From Dudresnaya verticillata (taxonomy: Eukaryota), in NCBI GenBank assembly GCA_977862235.1, contig OZ374562.1:2728001-2792000 (forward strand): a DNA stretch of 64,000 nt, read 5' to 3'. The translations under genes and the position numbers were made by a program. How positions within the stretch are numbered: the first letter of the stretch is position 1; each line of letters opens with the position of its first letter. Below, in pieces: positions 58,850 to 64,000 of this stretch. The notes under the pieces were generated by a model, which made no database searches, was not told the DNA's origin, and was given only the letters and a program-made list of their open reading frames with translations.

Positions 58850-59882
58850 TGAAAAGGAATATGGAGAGGTTGGAGTTGAACAAGATGAGAAATGGAAGTC
58901 GCTTGACTTCGTTTACTGCAGTCGACAATCCGACATGGCTTATATCAGCTTTTCGGATGAGTTGCTGCGTGAACACAAACAAAACAAATCATTAAAGATA
59001 CGCCCAAAATCCCTATTATCAAATGGGCGGGAAAAAGTAAAGCAATTAAATCTACCAAATCATACTCTCAGCACACTCACATCCGCCACCAAAATGGGCG
59101 GGAACTTGCACACCAGTGTTGCTAACTGCTGACATCAGCAATCCCTCTTGCGACCGCATTTCCTGCCATCCATATGTACTCCAACTTTGGGCGGGAACGT
59201 GAAAGTATCGAGTGTCCCCGCATAGCTGCTGTCGGACAACGCTGCACACCACGTGGCCGCACTTACCAGCTCAAGTCCGTCCATGAATATCCAACTTGGA
59301 TCATTGGCCACGTAATCACCCAGATTTGCCTACGTGGCAGCTGTAAACCAACGTGTCGGCCGCACGACAGCTACGTGGCAACTGTAAACCAACGTGTCGG
59401 CCGCACGACACCTACGTGCCAACTGTAAACCAACGTGTCGGCCGCACGACAACTGCATCTGCTGATATCACAAGCCAGGCTCCACGTAGCGCAAGTCCCT
59501 GCAGTACCAACTCAGACGCCATCAGCACATTGCATGGCACGTTCATATGTACTTGTGGAGTACAGTGCGCGTCATACCAGTACCATTCCATGCCATACCA
59601 CGTGCATCCATGCGGTCCAATCAGATCGTTCCACTTGGCCGTTCCTGTTATAACCGCCAATTCCAGCACAACACTTGTAAGCCATATAGACCATGGAGGC
59701 GGTTTGTAACAACCAATCAGAAGCCCGTTTCACGTTGCTTTTGCAAAAGGCCTAAATGCGCCGTGATTTTGGCAGCCCGGAAAAAGCGCTGTCGTCTCCG
59801 GAAGGTTTGGTGAAAGCGTGCCAGGGTACCATCTGGGGTACCTGACCCGTGACGTGAGGCGCCAGCGACCATGTCCTCAACA
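58850..59882 (-). repeat. 5' LTR of the Copia element
   Basis: Copy of 52567-53599. Confidence 0.97.
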
Positions 59883-60668
59883 GATTGTTCCTGTCATTCC
59901 TTTTGAAGTCTTGAACAATCCTTTTTGTAGAATCGCGTTTCCGAGCGTGGACTTGCCTGTGCGCGTGTCCCCGACGAGGAAGACGCGACGCATCCTGTCG
60001 CAATCGCTTGGGACATTATCGGTGCTCTCAGGTTGAAGGAGAACAATTGTCTTTGGGCCATCTGGATCAATACGAGTGTGGTGAGAGCTGCCGAGCTCAA
60101 CAGTGTGCGAGAGGTCGCAGACATCAGTTGCAATGGCCGTGAGCGCTGCTGCACAGAAGTTCTCTACATCGTTCTTGTACTTTCCGCGGATGCGGATGTT
60201 GACATATGTAGTTTTCTCAGCGGAGACAAATGAGAGGCAGCGCACGAAACGCTCGACCTTCTTGACGAGTTCCTCAATGGCGTCTGCGGACGATCCAGCG
60301 AAACCGAGCGTGGCGGCTAAGCGCCCGGCCTTGTACTTGACGACGAGGGCAAAGACGACGTTGGAAGCCCTCTGTTTGATGCACAACAGGAGCTTGATGA
60401 GGAGCTCCAGCTTGGCCGACGCAATGGCGTTGACATCAGGAACGCGAGAGCGGACCTCCACGACAGTGGCCAAGACAACTGCTTCCAGTACATTCTGCTG
60501 GGCGGCTTGAATGTCGTCGTGGAGGTTATCAATGGATTCGTAGACTTTGCGTATGGCATTTTGAATGCCATCAGCTTGTGCCTTCTGCGCAGGAGTGTTG
60601 AAGCCAAGGGCGTTTGCAATGGCAATGGAGTCTGCAAGGAAACCTATGGGGTCAAGTAAAAAGGCCAT
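59883..60668 (-). pseudogene. 5' part of AIG1/GIMAP-like GTPase gene (helical N-terminal domain plus P-loop)
   Basis: ATG at 60668; VFLVGDTRTGKSTLGNAIL (G1), MTGT (G2); rejoins 52561 in frame once the element and one TSD copy are removed. Confidence 0.82.
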
Positions 60669-63355
60669 GATAGAGCGGGGCACCAGCAAAGGACCTACCG
60701 CAGTGAGGAAAGAAGACGGGGAAGGCTGATCTGAACTCGAGGAAACGACAGGGGCACCGGCACTGCAGCTCAGAAAAGGAGAGCTTAAATAGAGAAGCGA
60801 TGATGGTTTTGGTTGTTGTCTGTTCAGAGAGAGGCATGAGTTTGAGACAATGCGATGGTTATTAGGACAACAGGACCTCGACAACATACTGTGATACTGT
60901 AGGCTCGAACATTTCGCAAGCCGTAACAGAGTTGCACATGACCTCGTTCCTTTCTGCCCATGGCATTACGAAAGCCCAAAGACTCCGCGATACACGTGAT
61001 CAGAGGGCCACAAGCAACAGCAGTAATGTTGTCGCGCCTTTATTACGCTCTCTCTTTTTCATACTTACGCTCTCGACCTGCGTAGCTATGGATATACACT
61101 ATATCTTACATATGGCTTATATTGGGCAGGTAATGAGCCGGATGCCTGGTATTGCCTGCGACACGTTGTTTATTTGTAAATGCTAATGGCTACAGACAAA
61201 GGTGTTACTCGTCACACCCAGAGGAGGGAGAGCCGGGAGAAGCGATGGACTGCGCAAGTGGGCCGCCGTCTTCTGGCAGCGCGCGCGGCGGCACTCATAC
61301 AGCGACGCACGGCCGCCGCCGTCGCCTGCGAGTTGCGGTCCGTTACCCGCAGTCACACGGCGGATCCGATACTGGTGCTCAACTACTTTCCAATTTCACC
61401 GCTGAAGGGATGGCAACTTGCAACGGTGGCATGAAGGAGGTCTTCTGGAAGATACGTCACGTCAGTGGGCCAACGCCCGAGATTGGCTTTAGGAACTCGC
61501 TGGCCACGTGTACAACGCGGCCGGCGCGACGGCAGCGCGACTTTACCACGGTGTATGAGCTCGCCCAGCTACTGGAGGGGACAGACGAAGAATAGCACAA
61601 CGTTGGACGTAAATCGTGCGCCTGGGCCCCTTCACCATCGCCAATAAAGTTTTGGAGTTTCATTTCCCACTACCCTCTCTCCCTACCGCTTTTGACTCTA
61701 CATGTACTGCGCGGGATTGTGCACGCGTCACGACAGTGCGGCACGACAGTTTAAATACTCATTTAGTGTCTTCAGTCGTCAAAAATGCGGCTGCGGCTGT
61801 AGGAATCAATATTCATATGGTTAGTCCCGTTTGAAGGGACACCGGCCCTACGGGCCATACTAGCAACGGCGCCCGACGCTGGGATGTTTAGAGAGATGAA
61901 AGGGAGGGAGGGGAGTGGAATATGACTGCGTAGTCGCTTTCCCACAGCCGCGGGTAGAGACAGTGTCGGATGAGATTGCCCTGAGTTTAGTCGCAATGGA
62001 GTGCTGGTCACAATGGAGTGCACTTTGTGCATGCCCGTAGACAATGAGTTGAGGGCCGTTCAACCAGGGGCGAGTCTATCACAACCTGTCCGGGAAAGCG
62101 TTATGGTCGTTGTCATGGCAACAGCACTTCTGCATATGGGTATACAAATCCATGCCCTACGCCCCGCCCCATTCTAGGGATGCTGAGTGCGGATTCCTTG
62201 CTTCTACGATACACGCAGCCACTCTTCCATGCCTTGTTTCATTCGCGCTGCAATGTTTCCTCACTAGGGAGTCTCTTCAGAATGCGCAAGGTATTTGCTT
62301 GAGTAAAACACTACAAGTAAGTCACGCTGTGAATTGGCAGAAGGACGCAGGAGCCCTGTGACTATACCGTAGTGGCGGTTATAGAATCGTCAAAGAAATG
62401 GGTTGTCGCGAACGTGATACAAAAAGCTAACGCCAACAACTCAGCCATCTACAAGGCGCCAGCTGACGCGAGCTTAGGCGCTGCTTTTTTGTCGGGCTGC
62501 GATATGCGGAGTGGCCGCTCTTGCGAGCTGGAAGAGGGCTATAGAATGTCGCAAGTCGTGCGGAAAGGGAACAGCTTGAAACCGGGCAAGCGCCATCTTC
62601 ATGATCGCCCATTGAGGCGCGCGAGGGAGGAGCCAACCTAGTCAGGTCGGTTTCACTACTCGAAGAAAATTCTTCGCAACTCTCTCGTGCGCGTATACTC
62701 CCGAGACGTGCGCCACCACATTCGAACTTGTCGGGAAAAATAAAAGACTGGCAGTCCTCTTTCGCAAGAAAAGGAAGGAATACGAAAAAGGGACTCACGC
62801 CAAGCAAATTGTAACATCACACACGAGAACCAGTTTCCTCAATAACACCCGCACCTTTCCAGCGGTATCCGAGTGTGGCCATACGCACGGGACAAAAAGG
62901 ATGAACGAGGCCAAACTCGAGCGCGGGTAGGCATACCGTGCGCAGTCACGTGAGAAAGGGCTGGACAACTGAACAATGAACCTAAGCGGACACTTTTTCG
63001 GTTGCGTCCGCTGCGGGTGAGAAGGGTTGTTGAAAAGATTCCGCGACGGACCCAAAGGCTTGGCGGTTTTAAGATGCGAAAAGAGATTTAGAAGGTTTGC
63101 CTTGTCCCCTTTTGGGTTGATGACTTGAAACTTGCGAGAGGGAGAATTTGAACGTGAACTAAAAGAACGTGCGCACATGAACAACATTAGCTGACATTCC
63201 GGTAGAGCGCTTTGTTCTGCCGCTGTTTGCTTCATGAAAAGGCCTCGGTGTTGTGAGATAGAAACTACGAACGGCCTCAAGCAACCCAGAGATCCCTGCG
63301 CCGGAAGACGACGAAGAAGTGGAAACCCGTACTTTCACAAGTCTTGAGACAAACG

Positions 63356-64000
63356 ATGGTGCAACGCTCTGAGCTCAAGGCGGCGGCCGCGGTCACCGCA
63401 ATGCTAGTAGTCTTCATCTCTGTTCTGCTCGACGTGGCCGCAGGCCAGTCATCAGGGGGCTGTGTGTTCAATACGACGCACTGCACGTGCAACACGGCAA
63501 TCCCGAACACGGGGCTGTGCACGCGTTACAGCCTTGGGACCGCTTTGTCAGCAACATGCCTGGTGGACAACTGCAAGGCGATGTCCGCCGGGTGCTCGTG
63601 CGATGGTAACGCGTTATGCTCTGTGAACAAGTGTGATTCGTGGCAGGCGGACGACCCGAGCTCTCTGGCGCTGGGCAACCTGGTGCCGTGCAAGTTTGTG
63701 GACAAGGCAGTTACGGGAGCCGCGACGTGCGTGACGCCGCCGACGCCGAAGGCGGCCGGGGAGACGTGCGAAACTGGGGTTGACCTTTGCACGACAGGGT
63801 ACGTGTGCGGGTGCGGCGGGGTGTGTCGCAAGGAGGTGAGCTGGGACGTGTCGATGGCTGGTGATGACTCTGTTGAGGTTTACGTGTGCGGAAGGCTGCT
63901 GGGGTCGACGCCAGGGCTGAGCCTGTCCGGGAAGTACTCATACTCCGGCGGGTGCGATGATGTGATGGTGCGGGTGAACAACTTTGGAGGGGAGATCGGG
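63356..64000 (+). CDS. Secreted cysteine-rich protein, runs off the window end (absent from the ORF track because it has no stop)
   Basis: 215 open codons: MVQRSELKAAAAVTAMLVVFISVLLDVAAG leader; CVFNTTHCTC..CSCDGNALC..CETGVDLCTTGYVCGCGGVC; then GDDSVEVYVCG. Confidence 0.75.
   Translation, partial: MVQRSELKAAAAVTAMLVVFISVLLDVAAGQSSGGCVFNTTHCTCNTAIPNTGLCTRYSLGTALSATCLVDNCKAMSAGCSCDGNALCSVNKCDSWQADDPSSLALGNLVPCKFVDKAVTGAATCVTPPTPKAAGETCETGVDLCTTGYVCGCGGVCRKEVSWDVSMAGDDSVEVYVCGRLLGSTPGLSLSGKYSYSGGCDDVMVRVNNFGGEIG

Larger units (their letters stand above)
52567..59882 (-). mobile_element. Intact Ty1/Copia LTR retrotransposon (half-tRNA primed, hemivirus-like)
   Basis: 1033-bp LTRs identical by eye, perfect TSD GATTG (52562-52566 / 59883-59887), PBS GGTTATGGGCCCAG, PPT GAGGAGGAG, one uninterrupted ORF. 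Confidence 0.98.

Noticed and set aside
61152..61595. 147-aa ORF
   Set aside because: No recognisable motif; overlapping ORFs of similar size in other frames
61620..61940. Possible tyrosine-recombinase (DIRS/Crypton-like) relic, VVKNAAAAVG
   Set aside because: No HxLR or catalytic Tyr motif can be recovered; resemblance too weak

Overview
Eukaryotic, transposon-dense window. A red-algal origin is my inference from the compact, intron-poor genes and the style of the Gypsy Gag proteins; it is not verified. Bases 179-42897 are a nested cluster of four chromodomain-bearing Ty3/Gypsy LTR retrotransposons. Element A (+, 179-7098) has B (-, 7099-42897) inserted in its 3' LTR. B's gag is in turn interrupted by C (-, 18668-31307) and by D (-, ~31368-41461), which has lost its 3' end. 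The most notable signal is accessory genes on these elements. B and C each carry a homologous ~770-780-codon ANTISENSE ORF between integrase and the 3' LTR. It has a conserved N-terminal domain I cannot assign, and conserved tandem SUMO-acceptor motifs, a basic motif and a C-terminal SUMO-interacting motif. A carries an upstream ORF with two U1/JAZ-type C2H2 zinc fingers. Both are candidate anti-silencing or chromatin functions (inference). To the right lie a chimeric egghead-like glycosyltransferase pseudogene, a GT34-like glycosyltransferase gene and an intact, very young Ty1/Copia element (52567-59882; LTRs identical by eye; half-tRNAiMet PBS). The Copia splits an otherwise intact 643-aa AIG1/GIMAP-like GTPase ORF. 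The window ends in the start of a secreted Cys-rich protein gene. No rRNA, tRNA or CRISPR array was seen. Identity figures are by-eye estimates.
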